Source of the DNA: an uncultured Clostridium sp.
GTDB taxonomy: Bacteria; Bacillota; Clostridia; Christensenellales; CAG-138
Length of the DNA stretch: 57,150 bases
NCBI GenBank assembly: GCA_964600045.1
Contig: CAZRHS010000001.1
Span: forward strand, 77,877 to 135,026
Direction of reading: 5' to 3'
Shown: positions 19,562-27,771 of the stretch, one piece after another
Numbering within the stretch: position 1 is the first letter of the stretch
How the letters are laid out: each line of letters starts with the position of its first letter
Program-made: the position numbers and the translations under genes
Notes under the pieces: generated by a model
Told to the model about the DNA's origin: nothing
Database searches by the model: none
What the model saw: only the letters and a program-made list of their open reading frames with translations

Positions 19562-19590
19562 TTGCTTTATATAAAAAGCCGTGATATAAT
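19562..19590 (+). promoter_or_regulatory. sigma-A type promoter for rpsT
   Basis: TTGCTT (19562-19567), 17-nt spacer, TGaTATAAT extended -10 (19582-19590). Confidence 0.6.
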
Positions 19591-19629
19591 ACGCAATGTT
19601 CGAGTAAAAATAACAAGGGGGAAACCGTT

Positions 19630-19896
19630 TTGGCAAACCATAAGTCCGCTTTGAAGCGTGTGGCAGTCACCGCTAAGAAAAACCTCAACAACCGTGTAAT
19701 CACTTCCAGGGTCAAGACCGCTATAAAGGGCTTCGACAAGTCTCTGGAGAATGGCGATAAGGCCGCTATCGATGCCGCCTATGTCAACGCCGTAAGCACC
19801 GTTGATAAGGCCGCCGCCAAGGGCGTTCTGCATAAGAACAATGCCAACCGCAAGAAGGCTCAGCTTGCCCTCAAGCTGGCTGCTAAGGCTAACTGA
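19630..19896 (+). CDS. rpsT: 30S ribosomal protein S20
   Basis: (M)ANHKSALKRVAVTAKKNLNNR. TTG start with a GGGGGA SD upstream. Confidence 0.93.
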   Translation: MANHKSALKRVAVTAKKNLNNRVITSRVKTAIKGFDKSLENGDKAAIDAAYVNAVSTVDKAAAKGVLHKNNANRKKAQLALKLAAKAN

Positions 19897-19930
19897 TTAA
19901 GTAACCGATCGCCCCACGGGGCTGTGCAAA

Positions 19931-19960
19931 AGCCAATCGAAAGATTGGCTTATTTGCGTT
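19931..19960 (+). terminator. intrinsic terminator after rpsT
   Basis: AGCCAATC-GAAA-GATTGGCT stem-loop followed by TATTTGCGTT. Confidence 0.75.
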
Positions 19961-19990
19961 GAAAAAAATACTGACGCCGTTTCGCGCCAA

Positions 19991-20025
19991 CAAAAAAGCC
20001 GGGAGCTAACCCGGCTTTTCGTGTA
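19991..20025. terminator. bidirectional stem-loop terminator after the ABC exporter operon
   Basis: AGCCGGG / CCCGGCT stem (19998-20017) flanked by A-run and T-run. Confidence 0.7.
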
Positions 20026-20032
20026 TTTGATT

Positions 20033-21874
20033 TTACTTTTCCGAAAGTATGGCGTCCGAAGCCTCCTCGCGGAACTGGGTTGTGTAAAGGTCGTAGTAGT
20101 AGCCGCGCTTGGCTATAAGCTCGCTGTGCGTGCCCTGCTCGGTTATTTCGCCGCCGCGTATAACCAGTATCCTGTCGGCGTTGCGAATGGTTGAAAGCCT
20201 GTGCGCAACTATGAAGCTTGTGCGGTTGTCAAGAACGGTTGTGATGGCGTTCTGTATAAGCTGCTCGGTTTCGGTATCTATGCTGCTTGTAGCCTCATCA
20301 AGCACGAATATGCGCGGATCGGCAAGGATTACCCTTGCGAATGATATAAGCTGCTTTTCGCCCGTTGAAAGCCTTACGCCGCCCTCGCCTACTTCGGTAT
20401 CGTAGCCCTTTTCCTGGCGCAGTATAAATTCCTCGGCGTGTACCATGCGGGCCGCGGCGCGAACCTCGTCATCGGTTGCGTCCTTGCGGCCGTAGCGAAT
20501 ATTGTCCGCTATTGTGCCGCTGAAAAGGTGCGGGGTCTGCAGCACGTAGCCAAGGCTGGACTGCAGCCAAAGCTGACTGCGCTCCCTGTAATCACGCCCG
20601 TCTATAAGCACCCTGCCCTCGGTGGGCTCATAAAAGCGGCAGACAAGGTTTACTATCGTGCTCTTGCCGGCGCCGGTTTCGCCCACGAGCGCTATCGTTT
20701 CGCCCGCGTTAACGTGCAGATTGAAATCACGCAGAACCTTTTCGCCCTCTTTATAGGCAAAGCTTACGTGCTCAAACTCAACCTCGCCCTTTATGGGCTC
20801 CCAGTTTTCGCGCTTGGGATTGAAGCTGTCGCCGTATTTGGCTATAACCTCGGGGGTATCCGTTATTTCGCACGGCGTGTCTATAAGCGACACAACGCGC
20901 TCCGCGCTGGCCTGCGCGCTCTGCATTTCGGCAAGAATACCCGCAAGCTGCTGAATGGGCTCAAAAAAGTTTGTGGCGTAGGATATAAACGAGCTCAATA
21001 TACCAAACGTCATTACGCCGCCGAGAACGTCTATACCGCCGCGGTGCAGCACTATAGCGGTGCCTACGGAGCCCAAGAACATGACTATGGGCATGAACAC
21101 GGCGCTAAGCTTTGCGGAGCGCACGGAGGTGTGCTTCATTTCGTGCGCAAGCTCCTTAAATTCGGAGTAGTTGGCGTTTTCACGAACGAGCGTCTTTGTG
21201 GTCATGGCGCCCATTATGCCCTCGTTAAACGCGCCCGTTATGCGGGAATTCACCTTTCTTACGCGGCGCTGATATTTAAGTATCTTCTTCTGGAAGAAAA
21301 CGGATATAACCGCGAGCGGCGGGATAACAATCATAACAAGCAGCGCAAGCTTCCAGTTCATGGAGAACATGGCAATCATAACGCCTATAATGTATGTGCC
21401 GGCCCAAAGAAGGTCAACAAAGCTCCACGACATCATCTCCGAAAGGCTGCCCACGTCGCTTATCATTCTGGCCATAAGGTAGCCCACGGCCGTACGGTCG
21501 TAAAACGAGAAGGAAAGCTCCTGCAGCTTTTTGAAGGCATCCTTTCGCATATCGTAGGAAACGTTCATTTCAAGCCTGCCCGCGTTTACTATGAAAAGAT
21601 ATACGCTAAGTCCCTGGCAGGCAACAAGCAGCAGATAGACCACTATGAACCAGCCGATGCCGGATGTTGTTCCGTTGGCTATAAAGTTATCTATGGCGTA
21701 TTGGCTCATAATAGGATAGATAATATCTATTATGGCCATTATGATATTCCACGCCACAAGCATCGCGGCCGTCTTTTTATAGCGCAGAACATATCTGAAA
21801 AGGCGCTTCCATATAGACATGTCAACCTTTACGTCTTTTTCGTAATCCTGCTCCTGAATGGCGCTGTTACTCAT
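20033..21874 (-). CDS. ABC exporter half-transporter (TMD-NBD), partner with consensus catalytic site and atypical signature
   Basis: Six TM helices then NBD: Walker A GETGAGKST, signature LSTGEKQ, Walker B IFVLDEATS. ATG 21874 (MSNSAIQ) has AAGGGGG upstream and overlaps the upstream stop by 8 nt (ATGAGTAA). Confidence 0.9.
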   Translation of the reverse strand: MSNSAIQEQDYEKDVKVDMSIWKRLFRYVLRYKKTAAMLVAWNIIMAIIDIIYPIMSQYAIDNFIANGTTSGIGWFIVVYLLLVACQGLSVYLFIVNAGRLEMNVSYDMRKDAFKKLQELSFSFYDRTAVGYLMARMISDVGSLSEMMSWSFVDLLWAGTYIIGVMIAMFSMNWKLALLVMIVIPPLAVISVFFQKKILKYQRRVRKVNSRITGAFNEGIMGAMTTKTLVRENANYSEFKELAHEMKHTSVRSAKLSAVFMPIVMFLGSVGTAIVLHRGGIDVLGGVMTFGILSSFISYATNFFEPIQQLAGILAEMQSAQASAERVVSLIDTPCEITDTPEVIAKYGDSFNPKRENWEPIKGEVEFEHVSFAYKEGEKVLRDFNLHVNAGETIALVGETGAGKSTIVNLVCRFYEPTEGRVLIDGRDYRERSQLWLQSSLGYVLQTPHLFSGTIADNIRYGRKDATDDEVRAAARMVHAEEFILRQEKGYDTEVGEGGVRLSTGEKQLISFARVILADPRIFVLDEATSSIDTETEQLIQNAITTVLDNRTSFIVAHRLSTIRNADRILVIRGGEITEQGTHSELIAKRGYYYDLYTTQFREEASDAILSEK

Positions 21875-23714
21875 TTGCCTTGCCCCCTTCCTGCTTAAGC
21901 TCTTCTTCAAGCGCGTTCTGTATGCGCGCTATGCGCTGATAAAGCCCGGGCTTATTGATAAGCTCCTCGTGCGTGCCCTGCTCAACAAGCTTTCCGTGCT
22001 CCAGCACCAGTATTTTATCCGCCTCGCAAAGGGTTGTTATGCGGTGGGATATTATAAACGTGGTTGTGCTTTCGCTGCGGTGCTTCAACGCCGCGCGGAT
22101 GGACGCGTCCGTTTCGGTATCAACGGCGCTCATTGAATCGTCAAATATTATTATGGGCGCGTTCTGAAGGAGCATCCTCGCTATTGCCACGCGCTGCTTC
22201 TGGCCGCCGGAAAGCGTTACGCCGCGCTCACCGACCACCGTGTCGTAGCCGTTTTCAAAGCTTTCTATAACATCATGCACGCAGGCAACGCGGGCCGCGT
22301 CATAAACCCTTTCCTCGCTTGTGTGCGGGTCTATCATGCGAATGTTGTCCATTATTGTGCGGGAATAAAGGAACGGCTCCTGAAGCACTATGCCAATGTT
22401 TTTCCTAAGGTGGCCGTGCTCAATATCGTTTATGTTAACGCCGTCTATGTCTATTTCGCCCGCGGTGCAGGTATAAAGCCGCTGCAGCAGCTGCACAAGG
22501 CTTGTTTTGCCGCTGCCGGTTGAGCCGAGAATTGCTATTGTTTCGCCGGGCTTGGCGGTGAATGAAATATCGCTTAACACATCGTCAAACTTATCGTAGC
22601 CGAAGCACACGTGCTTAAATTCAACCTTGCCGTGTATTTCGGGCTTAAGCGCGGCGCCGGGCTCCTCCTCGGCGGGGACGGAAAGTATGTCGTCTATTCT
22701 GCCAAGGGAAACGCTGGCCTTGCCAAGGTCCGCCAGTATGCGGCCAAGCTGCCTTACGGGCCAGGTGAGCATGCCGGTGTAGGTTGTGAATATAAGCATG
22801 TTGCCAAGAGTAATCTCACCCTTTACGGTCATTATAATGCCCGCGAAAAGCGAAACGGCAATCTGGCAATATCCCATAAAGTCGCTGCCGCCCCAGTAGA
22901 AACCCATCATCTTGTTAAGAATAAAGGATTTGTCCCTGAAGTCGCTGCTGCAGCGATCAAACTTGTCAACCTCGTTTTTCTGCTGACCGAACGCGCGAAC
23001 AACGCGAACGCCTGTAAGGTTTTCCTGCAGCGTGGCAGAAAGCACGCCCTCGGCCTCGTCGCTGAGAGTGAACTGCGCCTTTACCTTTTTGAAATAGACA
23101 AAGCTTGTAACGAAAAGAATGGGCAGCAGCACCATTGAAATAATGCTCATTTTAATATTTATGGAAAGCATTATTGATGCGGCGATTATTACCATTACAA
23201 CGGTGCGCAGCATTTCAAGAAGCTGCATTGATATGAAGCGGCGCACGGTTGAAACGTCCGACGTGCAGCGCTGCACCAGATCACCCGTTGAAACATGCTT
23301 GTGATAGTCATAGGGAACCGACTGCAGGTGCTCATAAAGGGCGTTCCTCGTGGTTTCGGCAACCGTTTCCGAGGCGTTTGCTATGCAGCTGCGGCGGAAA
23401 TACGTGGCAACGCCATTGATTAGGGTGAAGAATATAAGGGCGAATGCGCAAATATAGATATGTCCGCGCAGAAAATCGCGTCCACCCCAGGAATTGATTA
23501 TGTTCATTACGGAGTCCGGCAGGTTGGTTTCCTTGTCCCCGAGAACATAGTCGATTGTAAAGCTTGTTACTATAGGCACTATGTATGAAGCGAGAATCGC
23601 TATAACAAGAAACAGTGCGCCAAGCACAAGGTAGTGTACACTGCCGCGCGTAAGGCGCTTAAGCAGGGCAAAGTTAATCTTTCGGTTTTGCGTTGTTGCG
23701 CTTTGTGATTCCAA
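21867..23714 (-). CDS. ABC exporter half-transporter (TMD-NBD), partner with degenerate Walker B (DD)
   Basis: Walker A GSTGSGKTS, signature LSGGQKQR, Walker B IIIFDDSMSAVD. Start placed at TTG 23714 (GGAGGG 8 nt upstream). The ORF-track start at 23777 lies just below the leader terminator's U-tract and has no SD. Confidence 0.85.
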   Translation of the reverse strand: MESQSATTQNRKINFALLKRLTRGSVHYLVLGALFLVIAILASYIVPIVTSFTIDYVLGDKETNLPDSVMNIINSWGGRDFLRGHIYICAFALIFFTLINGVATYFRRSCIANASETVAETTRNALYEHLQSVPYDYHKHVSTGDLVQRCTSDVSTVRRFISMQLLEMLRTVVMVIIAASIMLSINIKMSIISMVLLPILFVTSFVYFKKVKAQFTLSDEAEGVLSATLQENLTGVRVVRAFGQQKNEVDKFDRCSSDFRDKSFILNKMMGFYWGGSDFMGYCQIAVSLFAGIIMTVKGEITLGNMLIFTTYTGMLTWPVRQLGRILADLGKASVSLGRIDDILSVPAEEEPGAALKPEIHGKVEFKHVCFGYDKFDDVLSDISFTAKPGETIAILGSTGSGKTSLVQLLQRLYTCTAGEIDIDGVNINDIEHGHLRKNIGIVLQEPFLYSRTIMDNIRMIDPHTSEERVYDAARVACVHDVIESFENGYDTVVGERGVTLSGGQKQRVAIARMLLQNAPIIIFDDSMSAVDTETDASIRAALKHRSESTTTFIISHRITTLCEADKILVLEHGKLVEQGTHEELINKPGLYQRIARIQNALEEELKQEGGKANE

Positions 23715-23775
23715 AGCCCGATCCCTCCAATCCGTCTGATTCGGTTTGATTTGTTTTTTTGACTCTGTCCGCGGC

Positions 23776-23808
23776 AAAAAAAGGCCGCAGACTCATCTGT
23801 CCACGGCC
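23776..23808 (-). terminator. intrinsic terminator inside the 5' leader of the ABC operon (candidate attenuator)
   Basis: On the minus strand, GGCCGTGGAC-AGATGA-GTCTGCGGCC forms a 10-bp stem (2 G-U pairs) followed by TTTTTTT (23782-23776). It sits 60 nt upstream of the ABC start codon. Confidence 0.65.
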
Positions 23809-23844
23809 GCTAATGCGCTTTTGGGCTGCTTTGCCCAACTTGGG

Positions 23845-23928
23845 CTACATGCAGCTGCCGGGCCGCGAGGACAGCACTATTCCCTTCAGTGCGGGAACCA
23901 ATTTAACACGGGTTGCGTATTCGAACAT
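23845..23928 (-). CDS. candidate 27-codon leader peptide (MFEYATRVKLVPALKGIVLSSRPGSCM)
   Basis: ATG at 23928 with AAAGGAG (23939-23945) 10 nt upstream, TAG at 23847-23845. Located between a promoter and the leader terminator. Confidence 0.4.
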   Translation of the reverse strand: MFEYATRVKLVPALKGIVLSSRPGSCM

Positions 23929-23989
23929 CTGCTCGCGACTCCTTTCATAGATTGTATCCGTAGGCCCGAAAACCTAACGAACCAAGGCA

Positions 23990-24018
23990 ATTGTACCACC
24001 ATATATAGTTATTGGCAA
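23990..24018 (-). promoter_or_regulatory. sigma-A type promoter driving the ABC leader
   Basis: Minus strand: TTGCCA (24018-24013), 17-nt spacer, TGgTACAAT (-10 at 23995-23990). Confidence 0.55.
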
Positions 24019-24053
24019 CAGGATTATTAACATATTATTTATATATACGGATT

Positions 24054-24081
24054 TTGAAAACGCGGCGGCGTATGGTATAAT
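24054..24081 (+). promoter_or_regulatory. sigma-A type promoter for the TrmH-family gene
   Basis: TTGAAA (24054-24059), 16-nt spacer, TGgTATAAT (-10 at 24076-24081). Confidence 0.55.
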
Positions 24082-24114
24082 ATGCCAAAACCGACGGCCG
24101 CGAGGAGAAAAAGC

Positions 24115-24885
24115 ATGCCTTTTTTGATAGAAAGCACACATAACGAAACCGTGAAGCGAGTTCGCCGCCTTGCCGCGCGCAAGGGCAGGCTTGAGCAGGG
24201 ACTTCATTTTATAGAAGGGGAAAGGCTTGTTCACGAGGCCGTTATTTCGGGCGCCGAAATACATGAAGGCTTTGTTGAAACCGGGTACGAAAGCGCCGCG
24301 GAGGAGCTTGAAAAAGCCGGAGCCAAGGTATATACGCTTAATCGCGCCGTTATGGAATCACTTACGCTTACGGAAAATCCGCAGCGCGTGTGCGCAACGG
24401 TTAAAACGCCAAGCCTTGCCGTGCCCCAAATTTATCCTGCGGGGCTTATAGTGGCGCTTGATACGGTGCAGGACCCCGGAAACATGGGCACAATATTAAG
24501 AACGGCGGACGCTATGGGCGCCGCGGGTCTGCTTTTAGGCACGGGCTGCGCCGATCCTTTCGCGCCCAAGCCGCTTAGGGCCGCCATGGGCTCGGTTTAC
24601 CACCTGCCGGTTTGGCAGGGCGAGCTTACCTGTGAGCTGAAAAAGCTTAGCGAGCAAGGATATACGCTTGTTTGCGGGCATCTTAAGGGCGGCGACACTC
24701 TGCCCGAGGCAAGCGAAAAAATGTGCCTTGTTATAGGCAACGAGGGCAACGGGGTTAGCGACGAGGTAGCGGAGCTGTGCCATAAATACAGGCTCAGCAT
24801 GTACGGCAGGGCGGAATCGCTGAACGCGGCTATTGCCGCCGGCATAATGATATATGAGCTTGCGAGGCAAATGCACCGCAGCTGA
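24115..24885 (+). CDS. TrmH/SpoU-family RNA 2'-O-methyltransferase
   Basis: SpoU motifs DTVQDPGNMGTILRTADAMG, LVIGNEGNGVS and ESLNAAIAAGIMIYE. ATG 24115 has GAGGAG upstream; ATG 24082 abuts the -10 box. Confidence 0.88.
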   Translation: MPFLIESTHNETVKRVRRLAARKGRLEQGLHFIEGERLVHEAVISGAEIHEGFVETGYESAAEELEKAGAKVYTLNRAVMESLTLTENPQRVCATVKTPSLAVPQIYPAGLIVALDTVQDPGNMGTILRTADAMGAAGLLLGTGCADPFAPKPLRAAMGSVYHLPVWQGELTCELKKLSEQGYTLVCGHLKGGDTLPEASEKMCLVIGNEGNGVSDEVAELCHKYRLSMYGRAESLNAAIAAGIMIYELARQMHRS

Positions 24886-24905
24886 AGGGCAAAGGAGAAC
24901 ACGCC

Positions 24906-27323
24906 ATGAAAAGGAAAATAGCCGCGGCGGCGCTGGCAATGGCCATGCTGCTCGCGTTTACGGCGGCCTCGGCAGAGGAAGAAGAATATAAAGAGCCTGA
25001 AAAAATATACGGCGAGGGCGACGAGAACTATCAATCCGAGGTGCCGGAGGAGCTTTGGCACATTTATCTTGAAGAGGAGCAAACAAACTACGCCAACGCC
25101 ATAAACGCCTGCTCATTAACGGACGACGAGGACGTGCGCACGGTAAACGTGCTGATAAGCCAGAAAAGCCACACAGCCACAACCATTACGGTATACGGCA
25201 ACTACGCCGTTTATGACAAATCCGGCAGCGCGCTCTTTATCGCCGCGAACGGCGCTGAATACACGCTTAAATCCGAAAACAAAAAAGTCTGCCTTTACTC
25301 CGCGGCGGGTACGCTTCTTTACAGCGGCACCTCATTGAGCTTTAAGGAGTTTGAAGGGGAAAACGCGAACAACTGCATAAAGATAGCGAGCGTTTCCATG
25401 GGAAGCAGCGTGAGCGACAGAACATACAGGGGAAACGTAAGCGCCTATTATTTTAATAATTCCGGCAAATACAGCGACTATTGGGCAGGGCTTTATATTG
25501 TAAACGAAGTTTATATGGAGGACTACGCGGAGGGCGTTCTGGCCGCGGAAATGGGCGCGGGCTACAAGGATACCGCTCAGCAGGCGCAGGCGATTGCGAT
25601 TCGCTCGTTCGCTATAGAGTCCCGCAGCTCATCAAAGGTATTTGACGTGCGCGACACAAGCGCAAGCCAGGCCTATTTCGGAATAACGGACGTTTGCCGC
25701 GCGGCTGTTGAGGCCACGGCGGGAAAATCGCTTTACTATAACGGTGAGCACCTTAAGGTACATTACAGCGCCACAAACGGCGGCGAAACGGAGATTGCAA
25801 ATAACGAATGGGGCAAAGAATCCTGCTGCGATGAAATCGTAAAAGAGGACACGAGCGACCTTAATTCAACCACCAAATACGTTGAAACCGTTCAGATTCC
25901 CGCGTCCCCCACGGGCAGCGAAACAACGGTGAAGTCCCTTATTACAAACGCGCTCATACCCGCGCTTAATTCAGACGGCTATTCGGTAACCACCGCAACG
26001 GTTACGGGCATAAGCATGAGCACAAAGTGCGACGATACGTCCTGCCTTCATCATCATCGCTCAACCGCATCTGACCAGATTTGCAACCATTTCTGCTCGG
26101 TTGATATTACTTTTTCGGGCATAAGCACGGACGCGGGCAGCATAGACAGTTACACCGTAAACCTTACCGAAAAGGATTTTTATGTTAATCCCTCAAACGG
26201 CAGGCCGCTCGGCTTTTTCAGCGTTGGCGCGTGCGAGCGCTACTGGCTTGAATACGAAAACGGCGTTTATACAATACGCCACGCGCGTTACGGCCCCGGC
26301 GTGGGCCTAAGCCAATACGGAGCGAACTACCGCGCGGCCAAAGACGAAAGCTTAAGCGCAATACTCGATTTTTATTACCCGGGCAGCACCGTTGACGATA
26401 TTTGTTCCGATACGTCGCGCCCCGCGATAAGCACAAAACCCACAACCAAGTACGACGCGCGCGTGCTTGGCAGCGAGGCAAGGGTTTTTGCCCAAATGAC
26501 CACGGCAAGCGAACAGCTTGGCACGATAGCGGCGGGAGATACCGTTTTTGTCGATGAGATAAGCGGCAAGTGGGCCAAGGTAACTTGCGGCGAAATATCC
26601 GGCTACATAGCGGCAAGCACGCTTGAAAGAACGGCCGTAAAGGTTACAACGGCGAACATAAGCGAAAGCATAAGCGTGCGCAAATCACCGGACAGCCGAA
26701 CAAGCTTAATATATACGGCTAAAAAAGACGTTGTGCTTGAGCTGATAGAAGCTAACGCCGCACCCGGATGGCACAAGGTTAAAACCACCAGCGGCGTAGG
26801 CTACATCCCCGCGCGCTACTCAACGCTTATATTCTCGGGCACGGGCGAGGACCTTGACGAGACAACAGGGCTTGAAACCGTATTAAGCTACTATGGCGCG
26901 GCCATAAAACTCAGCGGTGAATACGGCCTTAGGGTTCGCTTTGGCATAAGCGAGGAAACGCACGACAGCGCGTCTGCCTACGGCTACACCATAAAGGAAT
27001 ACGGAATAATTGTTGACGGCGAAAAGCAGAGCGCGTATTATACCGAAAACGGCGCGCTTTACGATAAGGTGTCCGGCATTGACTCGGGCACGGTGCTTTT
27101 TGCGGCCAAGATAGAAAATATTCCGGCGGACGGGCTTAAAACGGAGCATAGCTTTAAGCCGTATATAGTTGCCGAAAACGGAAATGGAACCGTTACCTAT
27201 ACGGGTGACGAGGTTAAAATAAGCGTATACGATACGGCGAAGAAGCTTGAAGCTGAATACGATGCCTCAAGCGAGGAAGGAGCCTACATAGCGGCGCTTA
27301 TAGCCGCGGCGGATGCCGAGTAA
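24906..27323 (+). CDS. secreted SpoIID/LytB-domain protein with SH3b-like repeats
   Basis: Signal peptide. SpoIID-type block HYSATNGGETE and QYGANYRA. Two SH3b-like segments (GYIAASTLE, GYIPARY); 805 aa. Confidence 0.8.
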   Translation: MKRKIAAAALAMAMLLAFTAASAEEEEYKEPEKIYGEGDENYQSEVPEELWHIYLEEEQTNYANAINACSLTDDEDVRTVNVLISQKSHTATTITVYGNYAVYDKSGSALFIAANGAEYTLKSENKKVCLYSAAGTLLYSGTSLSFKEFEGENANNCIKIASVSMGSSVSDRTYRGNVSAYYFNNSGKYSDYWAGLYIVNEVYMEDYAEGVLAAEMGAGYKDTAQQAQAIAIRSFAIESRSSSKVFDVRDTSASQAYFGITDVCRAAVEATAGKSLYYNGEHLKVHYSATNGGETEIANNEWGKESCCDEIVKEDTSDLNSTTKYVETVQIPASPTGSETTVKSLITNALIPALNSDGYSVTTATVTGISMSTKCDDTSCLHHHRSTASDQICNHFCSVDITFSGISTDAGSIDSYTVNLTEKDFYVNPSNGRPLGFFSVGACERYWLEYENGVYTIRHARYGPGVGLSQYGANYRAAKDESLSAILDFYYPGSTVDDICSDTSRPAISTKPTTKYDARVLGSEARVFAQMTTASEQLGTIAAGDTVFVDEISGKWAKVTCGEISGYIAASTLERTAVKVTTANISESISVRKSPDSRTSLIYTAKKDVVLELIEANAAPGWHKVKTTSGVGYIPARYSTLIFSGTGEDLDETTGLETVLSYYGAAIKLSGEYGLRVRFGISEETHDSASAYGYTIKEYGIIVDGEKQSAYYTENGALYDKVSGIDSGTVLFAAKIENIPADGLKTEHSFKPYIVAENGNGTVTYTGDEVKISVYDTAKKLEAEYDASSEEGAYIAALIAAADAE

Positions 27324-27334
27324 GGGGGGAGCTT

Positions 27335-27769
27335 ATGACAATGATAAGAACAAGGCGGGCGTTTAAGCGCGCCATAGCTGTTCTTGCCGTGCTGCTCGCG
27401 CTTAGCGTAGGGCTGAACGTGGTGCTTTTTATAAAGCTTGAGCGCGCCGAAAAAGCCGGCGGCAATCAGAATATTCAGCAAACCGAAACGCCTAAGGAAA
27501 GCGCGGCACCCACGGACGGACAGACGGCGGAGCCCGAACAAACGGAGGAGCCTACGCCTGCCCCTACACTAAAGCCAACCGAAAAGCCCACTCCTACGAT
27601 TGCGCCAACACCTACTGCCGAGCCGACTCCCACCATTGAGCCTACCACGGAGGTGACTCCGTCCCCCACGCCGAAAAAGCGGCGCACAACGCCAAAGCCG
27701 GAAGCCACGCAAACGCCGAGCTCAGGCTGGGTATACCCATCAAACGTTCCGGGAACGGAAGGCGAATAA
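27335..27769 (+). CDS. single-pass membrane protein with Pro/Thr/Glu-rich ectodomain
   Basis: GGGGGAG SD. N-terminal TM helix AIAVLAVLLALSVGLNVVLFI followed by a PTPT-type low-complexity region. Confidence 0.6.
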   Translation: MTMIRTRRAFKRAIAVLAVLLALSVGLNVVLFIKLERAEKAGGNQNIQQTETPKESAAPTDGQTAEPEQTEEPTPAPTLKPTEKPTPTIAPTPTAEPTPTIEPTTEVTPSPTPKKRRTTPKPEATQTPSSGWVYPSNVPGTEGE

Positions 27770-27771
27770 AA

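Noticed and set aside
20438-21898. 486-aa ORF antisense to the ABC exporter gene. Similar long antisense ORFs lie at 46465..47331 (tgt), 55063..56133 (PBP2), 34711..35598 (SIR2-like gene), 38906..39877 (parC) and 44248..45156 (deacetylase).
   Set aside because: This is a typical stop-free shadow frame in GC-rich coding DNA. The sense-strand products carry unambiguous family motifs and the antisense translations have none.
23715-23777. ORF-track start of the first ABC gene at 23777
   Set aside because: That TTG lies at the 3' end of the leader terminator's U-tract and lacks an SD. TTG 23714 has GGAGGG at ideal spacing. Similar N-terminal trimming was applied at 360 to 381, 9600 to 9648, 16357 to 16303, 24082 to 24115, 28771 to 28780, 44369 to 44309, 45316 to 45391 and 47519 to 47564.
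23746-24030. Plus-strand ORFs (94 aa and 63 aa) in the 400-nt gap upstream of the ABC genes
   Set aside because: They have no SD and unremarkable translations. The region is better explained on the minus strand by promoter, uORF and terminator elements.
27480-27720. Apparent DNA repeats in the PT-rich region
   Set aside because: This is imperfect low-complexity coding sequence (ACx/CCx codons for a Pro/Thr linker). It is not a discrete tandem repeat or CRISPR-like array.
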